Of a stretch of 64,000 nucleotides of DNA, positions 18,233 through 29,657 are shown in pieces (position 1 is the stretch's first letter; every line of letters starts with the position of its first letter). The position numbers and the translations under genes were made by a program. Where the stretch lies: positions 9,214 to 73,213 of the forward strand of contig CANQBO010000006.1 in the NCBI GenBank assembly GCA_947589475.1. The letters run 5' to 3'. The stretch is from an uncultured Clostridia bacterium (GTDB lineage Bacteria; Bacillota; Clostridia; Christensenellales; CAG-917). Below the pieces are notes generated by a model, which did not search any database, was not told the DNA's origin, and was given only the letters and a program-made list of their open reading frames with translations.

Positions 18233-19555
18233 CTATTTTATGACTGAAATTTTGAAAACTTCGGTCGTGGAGTCCGTCACGCGGCAGGACGAGGATATGT
18301 CCACTCCCGCGACGGCGAGCACCCTCTTTCCGACCGCGACGACGGCAAGCGAATCTCTCTTGCGCTTCGGCACTTTCTTGTCCGTCAAAAAATCGCCGAG
18401 GCTCTTGCTTCCGCCCCCGAATTTCGCGATGTTGTCCCCCTCTCGTCTATGCCGTATGACTGCGCCCGACGGCACGCTGTCCGCGTCGAGATAAAGCGTC
18501 CCGTCCGACGAGGCAAGCGACTCGGGAATATCGTCGCCGACCGACTTCTCTACACGAATGCCGAATTTCTCAAAAACCCCTTCTCCGAAGGGTATCTCAT
18601 CCTCATGCGACTCGTCCTCTCTATGCGCAAAGACAAGGTACTCCCCCTGCCTGTGCACGTCGAGAGAATGCGTAAGCTCGAGATGTTTGCCGTTCTCCGC
18701 GTCCTTGAGAGCGAGTATGAGGGAGAAGTGCCTTTCCTCTATATCCTGCGTGACTCCCAGCCCTTCCGCCGCCTTCATAATGAGGCGTTTTGCGATCGCC
18801 GACTCTCTCAAATCGGAAATTTTGACGTACATCTCGCCCTCTCTATGTTCGGGTTCGGGCACGTGCGAGCAAATATAGTCCTCCGCCTCGCGCGCGTTTG
18901 CGCAAAGTCTCGCCACCGCGTCCGTAAGCGCGGGAAAGCGCGTCTTGAGAGTCGCGATCTCTCCCCTCAAAAAGTTGCGGGTGTAGGCGGGGTCGTCGTT
19001 TGTGGAATCGTCCACGTATTTCAAGCCCCGCTCGCGCACATAAGCGTCTATCTGAGCGCGCGTGACGCCGAGAAGCGGGCGGATGTATCTTCCGCTCACC
19101 GCCTGCATGCCCGTCAAACCCTTTATGCCCGTGCCGCGCAAAATGCGCATAAGCACGGTCTCGACCTGGTCGTCGAGGTGGTGCGCAAGCGCTACGAAGT
19201 CGCACTTCCCCTCATCGAGCAACTTGTCGAATATCCTGTATCTCAGTATGCGCGCGCCTTGCTCGAGAGTGTAGCCGTTCTGTGCGGAAAAAGAAGGCGC
19301 GTCCACATGGAAAGAGAAAAGCGGCACGCCGTAAGACGCGCAGAGTTCGCTCGCAAAGCGGCTGTCCGCAACGCTCTCCTCGCCTCGTATGCCGTGTTCG
19401 ACATTGACGGCGAGGACGTCATGACCTTCCTCGCACAACATATCGAGAAGCGCGACGGAATCTCTGCCGCCGCTGAGCGCTACGCAAATTTTGAGTTTTC
19501 TTGCATCCTCCTCGCTCACGCCGAGCAACTTCGGAAGATCTATCAAACAGCCCAT
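18233..19555 (-). CDS. tilS: tRNA(Ile)-lysidine synthase
   Basis: The PP-loop SGGRDS follows the start MGCLIDLPKL (ATG 19555). The track's 5' extension to 19924 is Arg-rich and overlaps spoIIE. Confidence 0.88.
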   Translation of the reverse strand: MGCLIDLPKLLGVSEEDARKLKICVALSGGRDSVALLDMLCEEGHDVLAVNVEHGIRGEESVADSRFASELCASYGVPLFSFHVDAPSFSAQNGYTLEQGARILRYRIFDKLLDEGKCDFVALAHHLDDQVETVLMRILRGTGIKGLTGMQAVSGRYIRPLLGVTRAQIDAYVRERGLKYVDDSTNDDPAYTRNFLRGEIATLKTRFPALTDAVARLCANAREAEDYICSHVPEPEHREGEMYVKISDLRESAIAKRLIMKAAEGLGVTQDIEERHFSLILALKDAENGKHLELTHSLDVHRQGEYLVFAHREDESHEDEIPFGEGVFEKFGIRVEKSVGDDIPESLASSDGTLYLDADSVPSGAVIRHRREGDNIAKFGGGSKSLGDFLTDKKVPKRKRDSLAVVAVGKRVLAVAGVDISSSCRVTDSTTEVFKISVIK

Positions 19556-19665
19556 AAAAAAATTATACAATAAACCGCGCGAAAACACAATGCGCGCGGA
19601 AAGAATATTTTTATTTATAATTGCGTTTAAGGTCTTATTTAACAAAGTACGGCGAGGCTCGCGCA

Positions 19666-21960
19666 TTATGACGTAAAGAGGCGCATTGCAAGCACCGTGC
19701 AGTCGTCGTCCGAACCTCTCTTCACCGCCTCGGCAAGCAGGCTGTCCGCAAGTCTCTGAGGGTTTAGCGTCCCGACCGCGTCCACGATGTCCGCCACGCC
19801 CTTTGCCTCGAGCACGTCGAACACTCCGTCCGACATCATGACGAGAGCGTCGCCGTCGTACAGCTGATACCTGCTTGTGAGCGGCTGAACTCCGTCGAGA
19901 ATACCCACGGGAGGCTGTGTACAAGACAGTTGCTCTATGCTTCCCTGTCGCACTATGAAACTGCTTGACGCGCCGAGTTTTATGACGTCGAGACTGCCGC
20001 TTATTGTGTCTATGACCGAGATGTCGAGGGAGGAAAAACTGTCCTCCAGACTTATGCGGAGCAACTTGTTGATGAGGCTCAGCACTATGGCGCCCTCGAA
20101 GCCCGCTCTATAGAAGCCCTCTATCATCTCGACCGCGTCGCGGCTCGCTTTTGCCGCGCGCTCGCCGCTGCCCATACCGTCGCATATCGCAAACAATCTG
20201 CGCTTAAGGGACGGACAAAGCACGCTCTTGCTGTCTCCGCACTCATCGCCCTCGTTTTTGCTCTTTTCGGCGACGCCGTACGCCACCTCGTATGTGGGAG
20301 CGCTTTCGAGTGTGACTGCGCTTTGCTCCCCTCTGCTTTCGATGTTCGTCAGCACAAGCCTCATGCGCAAGGCGTGAGAAGCCACCTTCGCGACGGCAAG
20401 CTTGTTTGCGTCCTGCGCCCTGACGAGAAGGGTGACCGTGACGTTTTCTCCCGAGCCGTATATGACAGCTTCGCTTGCAACGATGTTATGCTTCAAAAGT
20501 TCGTCCTTCAGATATTCCGCGTCTCCGCCCGCAAAACTGACGGGTCTGGCGCAATCCTCCGCAAGCGAATCCAGAATGAGAGCGATCCCCGCAAATTGCT
20601 CGCTCAGCATGCGCTTGCCCACCATGGCGCTCTCGGAGGCGTCCCGCTTTTGTATGTACGCCTGCGCGCTCGAGTTTATCACGGACGCGAGCGTGTGCAT
20701 CTTCGTACAGCGCGAAGTGATGAAGGGCGGCATGTCGAGGATGGTCACCTTCCCCCTGTTCAGCGCCGCCTCCGCCATAGGTTTCAAAATGGCGTAAGTG
20801 TCGTCGCCGCCAAGCGAATTGAAACAGCCCTCCCTGTCCGAACACTTGCCGCAATAGTTTCTCGCAATTTCGTGCGCGAGTCTGTCCGCATTGTAGACTC
20901 CCGAGATGTCCACTGTCTTTTGCAAGTTTTTGGAAAGTTCGTAAAACACGTCGCTCGCAGAGGTCAATCTGCCCGCCGTCACCCTTGCCTGCCTGTTGAC
21001 GATGCCCGCATAGGATACGCGGTCGTCCGCCCCCGAGAGCGCGCGTATGCGTGATATTGCGCCTCTCGGCACGAATAGACAGGGTATGACGCCTATACCC
21101 GTCATTACGAGCGCGCGCCACCCCGCCCCGCCGTAGGCGTCGAGAAGCCACATTACCCCTTGAGCCGCGAGCATGGCAAGCGCTGACGACCACTTCGTAA
21201 ACGGGGAAAATGCCACCGCCGCCACTCCGAGCACGGCTAGTCCCGCAAGACAGGCGATGTCGCCCATGTCGATCGCGACTCCCAATCCCAGAAGAAGGGA
21301 TAAAAAAAGCGTGACTTGCGGCTTGAAACTCTGCGAAGAAATTATGAGCGCCGCGCCCGCGACGATATATACGAGCTTGAAGCCCCAAAAGTCCGCGCCG
21401 CTCAGCGCATATCCGAACGCCATCGTCGCAACTCCGCCCGCGATAAGCTCGTCCACGCTCATGCGCCCGAAACCTCTGACCAGAAGCGCGTACGCGACGA
21501 TGCCCGCGACAAATGTGCCCACCAGCGCGATGAGGGCGGCGATCGCCACTTGAAAATATGCTCCGTAAAGCACGCAATTTACAGCGATATAGGGTATCAT
21601 GCCGCCGACCGCCGTAAGCGCGACCGCAGTGAGCGGCACGTTGCGTTTAAGCTTGAAATACACAAAATACAGCACGACGAGGGCGATCATCGGGCACACG
21701 GAAAAGAGCAAGGTCCACAAACTCAGCGAAAATACGCAACAGGCGACGATGAAAGCGGGCGCAAGCGCTATTATATTTTGCCGCGCGTACACAAAACCGC
21801 AAAACAGAGCGAGCGCAAACGAAAATCCGAAATCGTCCACGGACGCCATGAGCACGAGACATATCCACTCTATGCCGAATTTGACCGCGGCGGAGGGGGT
21901 AAGCTTGTGTTCGAATGTCGGAAAAAATTTTCTCTCCGCCTTCAATCTTCCCTTTTTCAT
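19666..21960 (-). CDS. spoIIE: Stage II sporulation protein E (membrane PP2C phosphatase)
   Basis: 764 aa, with about 10 N-terminal TM helices and a C-terminal PP2C domain (FAICDGMGSGERAA...MMSDGVFD). The spoIIE-tilS-hpt neighbourhood matches that in Bacilli and Clostridia. Confidence 0.9.
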   Translation of the reverse strand: MKKGRLKAERKFFPTFEHKLTPSAAVKFGIEWICLVLMASVDDFGFSFALALFCGFVYARQNIIALAPAFIVACCVFSLSLWTLLFSVCPMIALVVLYFVYFKLKRNVPLTAVALTAVGGMIPYIAVNCVLYGAYFQVAIAALIALVGTFVAGIVAYALLVRGFGRMSVDELIAGGVATMAFGYALSGADFWGFKLVYIVAGAALIISSQSFKPQVTLFLSLLLGLGVAIDMGDIACLAGLAVLGVAAVAFSPFTKWSSALAMLAAQGVMWLLDAYGGAGWRALVMTGIGVIPCLFVPRGAISRIRALSGADDRVSYAGIVNRQARVTAGRLTSASDVFYELSKNLQKTVDISGVYNADRLAHEIARNYCGKCSDREGCFNSLGGDDTYAILKPMAEAALNRGKVTILDMPPFITSRCTKMHTLASVINSSAQAYIQKRDASESAMVGKRMLSEQFAGIALILDSLAEDCARPVSFAGGDAEYLKDELLKHNIVASEAVIYGSGENVTVTLLVRAQDANKLAVAKVASHALRMRLVLTNIESRGEQSAVTLESAPTYEVAYGVAEKSKNEGDECGDSKSVLCPSLKRRLFAICDGMGSGERAAKASRDAVEMIEGFYRAGFEGAIVLSLINKLLRISLEDSFSSLDISVIDTISGSLDVIKLGASSSFIVRQGSIEQLSCTQPPVGILDGVQPLTSRYQLYDGDALVMMSDGVFDVLEAKGVADIVDAVGTLNPQRLADSLLAEAVKRGSDDDCTVLAMRLFTS

Positions 21961-22090
21961 ACCTCCATTTTAGCCTTGACGGTATGCGAAAAATTTCCGT
22001 TTTCGGGCGGGCGAAGTCGAAACATTTTATTTGCTGTCATATCAAATAAAAGGTTTTATGACTCAAAAATCAACATATATCGCGGCTTTT

Positions 22091-22114
22091 AAAAAAGACG
22101 CGCCTCGGGGCGCG
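22091..22114 (-). terminator. Terminator at the end of the pyr operon
   Basis: On the minus strand CGCGCC-CCGA-GGCGCG is followed by UCUUUUUU. Confidence 0.6.
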
Positions 22115-22149
22115 CCATAAAAGTTTCGCAATCTGCCGTTTGTTTTGCC

Positions 22150-23217
22150 TCAAAGCTTTGTTTCGCAATAGCGGCATTTTTTTTCGCCGTCCTCAAGGGG
22201 CGTGCACATCATTTGAAAGTCGTACTCGTTGTTTGTGATGCATTTCGGATTTGGGCACTTTTCGGCGCAAATTTCGCCTTTGGGAAGGTTGGACGGCGCG
22301 CTCTTCGCCTCGTCGGACAGCAAGAACAACAGCAACGCCTCGCGCATGAGTTTGCCGTTTAGGGTCTGACGGAAATATGCCGCGCGCGGGTCGTCGTCCA
22401 CGGATTTCGCGATCTCGTTCACGCGCGGGAGCGGATGAAGGACGCGCATGCTCGCTTTTGCGCTCTCGAGTTTGTCGGGAGTGAGCCTATAGCTGTCCTT
22501 GACCGCGTCGTACGCGTCCGGGGACGGGAAGCGTTCGCGCTGTATGCGAGTCATGTAAAGCACGTCCAAAGTCGGCATATACTCCTCGAGGGACGTCGTC
22601 TCTACGACTTGAGCGCCCGCCTCTTCAAGCGCGCGGAGCGTGTATTCGGGAAGCCTCAACGACTTGGGAGAAATTAGCACGAAGCGGATATTTTTGTAGC
22701 GCAACATCGCGTTTATGAGGGAGTGTACAGTCCTGCCGTAAAGCAGATCCCCGCACAGCCCTATCGTGAGGTCGTCAAGCCTGCCGATCTCCCTGTGTAT
22801 GGTCAGCAGATCCGCAAGCGTCTGCGTGGGATGGCAATGCCCGCCGTCGCCCGCGTTTATTATGGGAATGGGGGACTTTTCCGCCGCCGCAAGCGCCGCG
22901 CCCTCGATGGGATGACGCATTGCGATGATGTCCGCATAATTTGCGACGACTCGCGCCGTATCCGAAACGCACTCTCCCTTTGAAGCGGAGCTGGACGACG
23001 CCTCGCTGAAGCCTATGACCTGCCCTCCCAACTCCAGCATAGCCGCCTCGAAGGACAGCCGCGTGCGCGTGGAAGGCTCGAAAAACAACGTCGCGAGCTT
23101 TTTCCCGTCCAACTTATGCGCATATTTTTCCCTGTTTCCCGCAATATCTTCGGCGGTAGCAATGAGCGAATACAGCTCGTCCACGCCGAGATCGCAAACG
23201 TCAAGCAAATGTCTCAT
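22150..23217 (-). CDS. pyrB: Aspartate carbamoyltransferase catalytic chain fused to a PyrI-type zinc domain
   Basis: The STRTR and HPTQ motifs mark a ~305-aa PyrB body. The extra C-terminal ~50 aa carry CPNPKCIT...CRYCE, which is the PyrI Zn-binding signature. Confidence 0.9.
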   Translation of the reverse strand: MRHLLDVCDLGVDELYSLIATAEDIAGNREKYAHKLDGKKLATLFFEPSTRTRLSFEAAMLELGGQVIGFSEASSSSASKGECVSDTARVVANYADIIAMRHPIEGAALAAAEKSPIPIINAGDGGHCHPTQTLADLLTIHREIGRLDDLTIGLCGDLLYGRTVHSLINAMLRYKNIRFVLISPKSLRLPEYTLRALEEAGAQVVETTSLEEYMPTLDVLYMTRIQRERFPSPDAYDAVKDSYRLTPDKLESAKASMRVLHPLPRVNEIAKSVDDDPRAAYFRQTLNGKLMREALLLFLLSDEAKSAPSNLPKGEICAEKCPNPKCITNNEYDFQMMCTPLEDGEKKCRYCETKL

Positions 23218-23854
23218 TTTTTATCCACCTCTCGTCGGACGGGTCGTCGCGGAATGCGAGAAGCCTTGCGACGTCCTCCTCTTTTATGTAGCCCTCGTCC
23301 GCCGCCACTCTCGCGAGCGCGTCTAGATTTGAAAGGCTGTAATTCACTACATCCGCTTCTTTCAGCCTGTCCAGCCCTTTCTGCATGCCGTATGTGAATA
23401 TGGACACTATGCCGAGCACTTCCGCGCCCGCCTCTCTCAGCGCCTCGACGACTTCTATGCAGGAGCCGCCCGTAGATATGAGATCCTCGACGACGACGAC
23501 TTTCTGTCCCGCCTCAAGCTTGCCCTCTATGCGGTTGCCTCTGCCGTGGTCCTTATTGCCGCCGCGCACATAGCCCATGGGCTTGCCCGTCAGCCAACCG
23601 ACTATAGCCGCATGCGCTATGCCAGCCGTAGACGTGCCCATCAACACTTCCGCGTCGGGGAAATGCTCCTCTATTAGCGCCTTAAGCCCCATCTCCACAT
23701 CCCGTCTGACAGCGGGCGAAGTGAGGGTGAGGCGATTGTCGCAATATATGGGACTTTTGATGCCGCTCGCCCAAGTGAACGGCTCATCGGGGCGCAGAAA
23801 CACCGCGCCAATTGAGAGCAGGTCTTTTGCGATGATTTTTTCAACGTTTTGCAT
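23201..23854 (-). CDS. pyrE: Orotate phosphoribosyltransferase
   Basis: It contains [13 protein letters not shown]. The start was taken at MQNVEK (ATG 23854, GGAG 7 nt upstream). The 3' end overlaps the pyrB start. Confidence 0.9.
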   Translation of the reverse strand: MQNVEKIIAKDLLSIGAVFLRPDEPFTWASGIKSPIYCDNRLTLTSPAVRRDVEMGLKALIEEHFPDAEVLMGTSTAGIAHAAIVGWLTGKPMGYVRGGNKDHGRGNRIEGKLEAGQKVVVVEDLISTGGSCIEVVEALREAGAEVLGIVSIFTYGMQKGLDRLKEADVVNYSLSNLDALARVAADEGYIKEEDVARLLAFRDDPSDERWIKNETFA

Positions 23855-24049
23855 ATATATCTCCGAAAAAAATGTATTTTTGCTTTGCAAGTTGTCTGTT
23901 ACGCTTTCCGAATATGATACGCCGAATTTTGCACCTGTAGTCGGTTTCGGCAGAGATCCTCGGCGTTTAATGTCCGTCGCGTTTTACTTTTCGCGTTTGC
24001 CGTACGTTGCGAATAGTAGCTTTTGCTTAGCCCATACCCGCAACATTTT

Positions 24050-24748
24050 TTATTTGCCCAAAAACTCGCTCACGGCGCGCCTGTACGCTTTGACGGGATC
24101 CTCCGCGCGCGTTATGGGTCTGCCCATGACGATGAAATCGGAGCCAAGCTTCCTCGCCCTCGCGGGGGTCGTCACGCGCACCTGATCTCCCCTCTCTCCG
24201 TCCGCAAAGCGCACGCCCGGAGTGACGGTAAGGAACTCTCCTCCGCATGCCGCGTGCACCTCGCCCGCTTCGAGGGGCGAGCACACGACTCCGTCAAGCC
24301 CGCTCTCCTTCGCCGTCTTTGCATAGTGCATGACGACTTCTTTGAGCGGTTTTTCTATCAATAGGTCGTTGTGCATGAGCTGTTCGCTCGTGCTTGTAAG
24401 CTGCGTCACCGCGATGAGCAAAGGACGCGTGCCGTCTTCGCGCGTCAAGCCCTCGATCGCCGCCTTCATCATCTCGCCGCCGCCGCCCGCGTGCAGATTT
24501 GTCATGTCCACGTCAAGTCCCTTGAGCACGCTCATAGCGCTCTTCACGGTGTTGGGAATGTCGTGAAGTTTGAGGTCCAAAAATATCTTGTGTCCCCTCG
24601 CCTTTATCTCGCGCACGACGTCGGGTCCCTCCGAATAGAACAACTCCATACCTATCTTGACAAAAGGTTTCTCGTCTTCAAACAGGTCGAGGAAGGCGAG
24701 CGCCTTGTTTTTGTTTTCGAAATCCAGCGCAACAATGACGTCTTTCAT
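24050..24748 (-). CDS. pyrF: Orotidine-5'-phosphate decarboxylase
   Basis: It contains VALDF...FVKIG...[13 protein letters not shown]. Confidence 0.92.
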   Translation of the reverse strand: MKDVIVALDFENKNKALAFLDLFEDEKPFVKIGMELFYSEGPDVVREIKARGHKIFLDLKLHDIPNTVKSAMSVLKGLDVDMTNLHAGGGGEMMKAAIEGLTREDGTRPLLIAVTQLTSTSEQLMHNDLLIEKPLKEVVMHYAKTAKESGLDGVVCSPLEAGEVHAACGGEFLTVTPGVRFADGERGDQVRVTTPARARKLGSDFIVMGRPITRAEDPVKAYRRAVSEFLGK

Positions 24749-25710
24749 GCGTGCGCACCTCCTATAATATCTCTCAAATTCGCAATTCCGTATTTTTTCA
24801 TAGTCGCGGGCAACGCCTCTATGATGTCCTTACAAGCGTATGGGTCCACGAGGTTTTGCGCCCCGACTTCCACCGCCGTCGCTCCCGCAAGCATAAACTC
24901 GATGACGTCCTCCGCGCTCGCGATGCCGCCCATGCCGATGATGGGAAGCCTCACCGCCTCGTACACCTCGTACACCATTCTAACCGCGACGGGCATTATT
25001 GCGCGTCCCGAAAATCCGCCCGCCTTGTTTGCGACGACGGGTCTTTTGCTCTTAAGGTCTATGCGCATGCCCAGCAGTGTGTTGATGAGGCTTATTCCGT
25101 CCGCGCCACCGTCCGCGCACGCCTTGGCGATATCCGTTATCGAGGTGACGTTTGGCGTGAGTTTGACGTACACGGGTTTTTTCACGACGTCCTTGACCGC
25201 CTTTGTCACCGCGTAGGCGCACTTCGGGTCCGTGCCGAAGCTCATGCCCCCGCCATGCACGTTGGGACAGCTTATGTTGATCTCAAGCAAGCCTATCTGC
25301 TCCTCTTTGTCCAGCCTCTCGGCGGAATACACATAGTCCTCCACGCAAAAGCCCGAAATGTTTGCGATGGCGGGTTTGTGAAAGCATTTTTTGAGTTTTG
25401 GCAGTTCCTCGTTTATAACCTTTTCCACGCCGGGATTTTGCAGACCGACGCTGTTGATAAGCCCCGCCGTGCACTCCGCGATTCGCGGCAGAGGATTACC
25501 GTATCTCCCCTCTTTGGTCGTGCCCTTGAGCGCGATGGATCCCAAAATGTTGATGTCGTAAAAGTCCGCAAACTCGTATCCGAAGCCGAACGTGCCAGAC
25601 GCGGGAATGACGGGATTGTCAAGCGTAATGCCCGAAAGCGACACTTGAGCGGACGTTTTTGACATTTTATCTGCCGATTTTGTCATTTCGCACGATGTTT
25701 GACTCACCAT
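24745..25710 (-). CDS. pyrD: Dihydroorotate dehydrogenase B, catalytic subunit
   Basis: It contains [20 protein letters not shown] sits 5 nt upstream of ATG 25710. The start overlaps the pyrK stop by 7 nt. Confidence 0.9.
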   Translation of the reverse strand: MVSQTSCEMTKSADKMSKTSAQVSLSGITLDNPVIPASGTFGFGYEFADFYDINILGSIALKGTTKEGRYGNPLPRIAECTAGLINSVGLQNPGVEKVINEELPKLKKCFHKPAIANISGFCVEDYVYSAERLDKEEQIGLLEINISCPNVHGGGMSFGTDPKCAYAVTKAVKDVVKKPVYVKLTPNVTSITDIAKACADGGADGISLINTLLGMRIDLKSKRPVVANKAGGFSGRAIMPVAVRMVYEVYEAVRLPIIGMGGIASAEDVIEFMLAGATAVEVGAQNLVDPYACKDIIEALPATMKKYGIANLRDIIGGAHA

Positions 25711-26432
25711 ATCACCTCCGCCGCGTCAAAGACGGGACCTTCCTTGCACACGCGCTTTACTCCGTTTTTCGTCATGACGCTGCACCCCATGCATGCGCCG
25801 AAACCGCACCCCATCCTCTCCTCCAAAGAGAGGGAGCCGCTCATCTTCAGCTTGGATACAGCCTTGAGCATGGGAAGCGGTCCGCAAGCGTAATAGTGGG
25901 AAAATTCGCCCTCTATGGCGTCCGTCACAAATCCTTTAGCGCCGTAACTTCCGTCCACGGTGGCGACTTTGACGTCCGCGCCGAGCGCCGAAAACTCCTT
26001 TTCGTAAAACGCTTCGTCCGCGGTGTTGAACCCCAAAACGACGGAGACTTTTTTGCCCTGCCCGATAAGTTGTTTCGCAAGCAGATAGAGGGGCGGGACC
26101 CCCACGCCGCCTCCCAAAAGCAGGGGGCTGTCCCCCGCGAGCGAGAGGTCATAGCCGTTGCCGAGGCCGGTGAGGATGTTCAACACATCGCCGCTCTTTT
26201 TCTGCGACATGGCGTCCGTGCCCTTGCCCACTACTTTGTATACTAGGGTGAGCACTCCGTCAGTAACGTCGCATACGGATATGGGACGGCGCAGATACAG
26301 CCCGTCGAGCGCGACGTTTACAAACTGCCCCGCCGCCGTCACAAAGCGCGTATCCCCCGCGAGCGTCATCTCGTACACGTTCGCGGTGAGCGGAATGTTT
26401 TCCTTTACAACAAAATCAACTGTCCTTCTCAT
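25704..26432 (-). CDS. pyrK: Dihydroorotate dehydrogenase B, electron-transfer (FAD / 2Fe-2S) subunit
   Basis: The C-terminal CGFGACMGC cluster motif and the gene's position next to pyrD support the call. Confidence 0.9.
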   Translation of the reverse strand: MRRTVDFVVKENIPLTANVYEMTLAGDTRFVTAAGQFVNVALDGLYLRRPISVCDVTDGVLTLVYKVVGKGTDAMSQKKSGDVLNILTGLGNGYDLSLAGDSPLLLGGGVGVPPLYLLAKQLIGQGKKVSVVLGFNTADEAFYEKEFSALGADVKVATVDGSYGAKGFVTDAIEGEFSHYYACGPLPMLKAVSKLKMSGSLSLEERMGCGFGACMGCSVMTKNGVKRVCKEGPVFDAAEVIW

Positions 26433-26477
26433 ATAGAATTTACAATTTCAAGCGCATATTGCTTTACGCACGTATGT

Positions 26478-29400
26478 TTACGCGTCTATCGTGGAAATGG
26501 TAATTGTGATCTCCTCAAGCACGTCGAGGAGCACCCTGACCGTATCGAGGGAGGAGAACATCGTCACATTGTTTTCGACGGCGCAACGGCGTATCAGATA
26601 GCCGTCGGACTCCTGCGAAAGGGAGTCTATGTCGCGCGTGCTTATGACGTAGTTGACATATCCCTTGCGAATGGAGTCGAGGATGTCGTCGGAGCCTTCG
26701 CTTATCTTCTGTTTTGTGCGCGTGCGAATGCCATGCTCCTTCAAAAACTTCGCGGTGCCCGCCGTCGCCTCGATGTTGAAGCCGAGCTTATAAAATCTGC
26801 GTATGAGCGGAAGCGCCTCCTCTTTGTCCTTGTCCGCGACGGTCACGAGAATGGTGCCGTAGTTGACGACGTTCATGCCGCTTGCCTGAAGCGCCTTATA
26901 TAGCGCCCTCGTCAAGCTCTTGTCATAGCCTATCGCCTCGCCCGTGGACTTCATCTCGGGGGAGAGGTAGGCGTCAAGCCCTATTATCTTCGAGAAGGAG
27001 AACGCGGGCACTTTGACATAGTGCTTTTCCTTTTCCTTGGGATAAAGCTCCGTGAAGCCCTGCTCCTTGAGCGATTTGCCGAGTATCACGCGCGTGCCTA
27101 TGTCCGCAAGGCTGAACCCCGTCGACTTCGAGAGGAAGGGCACCGTGCGCGAGGAGCGCGGATTGACCTCGATGACGTAAACTTTTTCATCCCTGTCCAC
27201 GATGAATTGGATGTTGTAAAGCCCTACTATGCCTATGCCGAGTCCGAGCTGTTTTGTATACTGCAAAATTGTGTCCTTCGCCTTTTGCGAGACGCTTATC
27301 GTCGGATATACGGATATGGAGTCGCCCGAGTGAATGCCCGTCCTTTCGACAAGCTCCATGATGCCGGGACAAAACACGTCCGTGCCGTCGCACACCGCAT
27401 CCACCTCAAGCTCCTTGCCTATGATGTACTTGTCCACGAGCACGGGCTGTTTTTCGTCTATCTTGACGGCTGTAGCGAGGTATATGCGAAGCGCCTTTTC
27501 GCTTCCGACGATCTGCATCGCCCTGCCGCCCAGCACATAGCTCGGACGCACCAGCACGGGATAGCCTATCTCTTCGGCGACTCTGACGCCCTCTTCCACG
27601 CTTGTGACCGCCATGCCGCGGGGCTGAGGGATTCTCAAACTTTCCATGACTTTTTCAAAGGCGTCCCTGTTTTCCGCGCGCTCTATGGCGTCCTGATCCG
27701 TGCCTATGATCTTGACTCCTCGCGCCGCAAGCCCTCCCGCAAGGTTTATCGCCGTCTGACCGCCCAAAGACGCGATGACTCCGTCCGGTTTTTCAAGCAG
27801 GAGTATGTTCATGACGTCCTCTACCGTGAGAGGCTCGAAATACAGCTTGTCGGAGCAGGTGTAGTCGGTCGAAACTGTCTCGGGGTTGTTGTTGATGACG
27901 ATCGCTTCATATCCGCTCTCTTTTATCGTCTTGACCGCGTGCACCGTGGAGTAGTCGAATTCCACGCCCTGCCCTATGCGTATGGGTCCAGAACCCAGCA
28001 CTACGATCTTGTGCCTGTCGGACACGACGGACTCGTTTTCGCGCTCGTATGTGCTGTAAAAATAGGGCACGTAGCTCTTGAATTCGCTTGCGCAGGTGTC
28101 TATCATCTTGTAGACGGGCATTATGTTCTTTTGCCGTCTCAGCTCATAGACGTTCTCTTCGTCCGTCTGCCAAAGTTTGGCGATGTAGGCGTCCGAAAAG
28201 CCCATGCGTTTTGCGCCGTACAGCGCGTCCGCGTCGAAGGGGGAAGCCTCAAGCACCTTTTCATAGTCCGTTATATTCTTGAATTTTTCGAGGAAAAGCG
28301 GATCTATCTTTGTGAGTTTTGCAAGTTCGTTGACGGTGACGCCGCGCCTGAGCAACTCCGCGAGCGCGTACAGTCTGTCGTCCCTGCCGTCCTTGATGTA
28401 CTCCTTGAGTTCGGGTATGCCGAAGCTGTCGAATTTTGCATGGTATATGTGGGTCACGCCCACTTCCAGAGAGCGCACCGCCTTCAAGAGGCTTTCCTCT
28501 ATCGTCCTGCCCACGCTCATAACCTCGCCCGTCGCCTTCATCTGCGTGGAAAGCTTGTTTGAAACGGAGCTGAATTTGTCGAATGGGAAGCGCGCTATTT
28601 TTGTCACGACATAGTCGAGGGTAGGCTCGAAGCAAGCGGGAGTGTTGGCAAGCTGTATCTCGTCGAGCGTCATTCCGACCGCTATTTTTGCGGAAACGCG
28701 CGCTATGGGATAGCCACTCGCCTTTGACGCGAGCGCGGAAGAGCGCGATACGCGGGGATTGACCTCTATGAGGAAATAGTCGAATGACTGCGGGTCGAGA
28801 GCAAATTGCACGTTGCATCCGCCCTCTATCTTCAGCGCGCGGATTATCTTGAGCGCGGAGTCGCGCAACATATGATATTCCTTGTTGGTGAGCGTCTGCG
28901 AGGGCGCGACGACCATTGAATCGCCCGTATGTACGCCGACGGGGTCGATATTCTCCATATTGCAGACGGTGATAGCGGTGTCGTTTGAGTCGCGCATGAC
29001 CTCGTATTCTATCTCTTTGAAGCCCTTTATGGACTTTTCGACAAGCACTTGATGCACGGGAGAGAGCATGAGCGCGTTTTTCATTATCTCCCTAAACTCC
29101 TCCTCGTTGTCCGCAAAACCGCCGCCCGTTCCGCCCAGAGTGAACGCGGGACGAAGCACGACGGGATAGCCTATCTCCTCAGCCGCCTTGACGCCCTCCT
29201 CCATGCTGAACGCAATTATGGAAGGAAGTACAGGCTCGCCCAAAGAGAGGCACAGCTCCTTGAACTTCTCTCTGTCCTCAGCCATTTCGATGGACTCGGG
29301 GCTAGTGCCCAAAAGCTCCACTCCGCATTCTTCCAGCACGCCCTTCTTCGCAAGCTGAACGGCGAGGTTGAGTCCCGTCTGTCCGCCTATGCCGGGGACT

Positions 29401-29657
29401 ATGGCGTCGGGGCGCTCATAGCGCAATATCTTCGCCAGATATTCGAGCGTGAGCGGCTCCATATACACCTTGTCCGCAACAGTCGTATCCGTCATTATCG
29501 TCGCGGGGTTGGAGTTTGCAAGCACAACTTCGTATCCCTCTTCTCTCAAGGCGAGGCAAGCCTGCGTGCCCGCGTAGTCGAATTCCGCCGCCTGCCCTAT
29601 CACAATTGGGCCGGAGCCGATGACAAGTATTTTTTTAAGATCCGTTCTCTTAGGCAT
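26478..29657 (-). CDS. carB: Carbamoyl-phosphate synthase large subunit
   Basis: 1059 aa, with duplicated ATP-grasp halves and the N-terminus [33 protein letters not shown]. Confidence 0.97.
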   Translation of the reverse strand: MPKRTDLKKILVIGSGPIVIGQAAEFDYAGTQACLALREEGYEVVLANSNPATIMTDTTVADKVYMEPLTLEYLAKILRYERPDAIVPGIGGQTGLNLAVQLAKKGVLEECGVELLGTSPESIEMAEDREKFKELCLSLGEPVLPSIIAFSMEEGVKAAEEIGYPVVLRPAFTLGGTGGGFADNEEEFREIMKNALMLSPVHQVLVEKSIKGFKEIEYEVMRDSNDTAITVCNMENIDPVGVHTGDSMVVAPSQTLTNKEYHMLRDSALKIIRALKIEGGCNVQFALDPQSFDYFLIEVNPRVSRSSALASKASGYPIARVSAKIAVGMTLDEIQLANTPACFEPTLDYVVTKIARFPFDKFSSVSNKLSTQMKATGEVMSVGRTIEESLLKAVRSLEVGVTHIYHAKFDSFGIPELKEYIKDGRDDRLYALAELLRRGVTVNELAKLTKIDPLFLEKFKNITDYEKVLEASPFDADALYGAKRMGFSDAYIAKLWQTDEENVYELRRQKNIMPVYKMIDTCASEFKSYVPYFYSTYERENESVVSDRHKIVVLGSGPIRIGQGVEFDYSTVHAVKTIKESGYEAIVINNNPETVSTDYTCSDKLYFEPLTVEDVMNILLLEKPDGVIASLGGQTAINLAGGLAARGVKIIGTDQDAIERAENRDAFEKVMESLRIPQPRGMAVTSVEEGVRVAEEIGYPVLVRPSYVLGGRAMQIVGSEKALRIYLATAVKIDEKQPVLVDKYIIGKELEVDAVCDGTDVFCPGIMELVERTGIHSGDSISVYPTISVSQKAKDTILQYTKQLGLGIGIVGLYNIQFIVDRDEKVYVIEVNPRSSRTVPFLSKSTGFSLADIGTRVILGKSLKEQGFTELYPKEKEKHYVKVPAFSFSKIIGLDAYLSPEMKSTGEAIGYDKSLTRALYKALQASGMNVVNYGTILVTVADKDKEEALPLIRRFYKLGFNIEATAGTAKFLKEHGIRTRTKQKISEGSDDILDSIRKGYVNYVISTRDIDSLSQESDGYLIRRCAVENNVTMFSSLDTVRVLLDVLEEITITISTIDA

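Noticed and set aside
19556-19924. The 5' extension of the tilS ORF (563 aa in the track).
   Set aside because: The extension is Arg-rich, overlaps the spoIIE 3' end and precedes the canonical N-terminus with the PP-loop. ATG 19555 gives a normal ~440-aa TilS.
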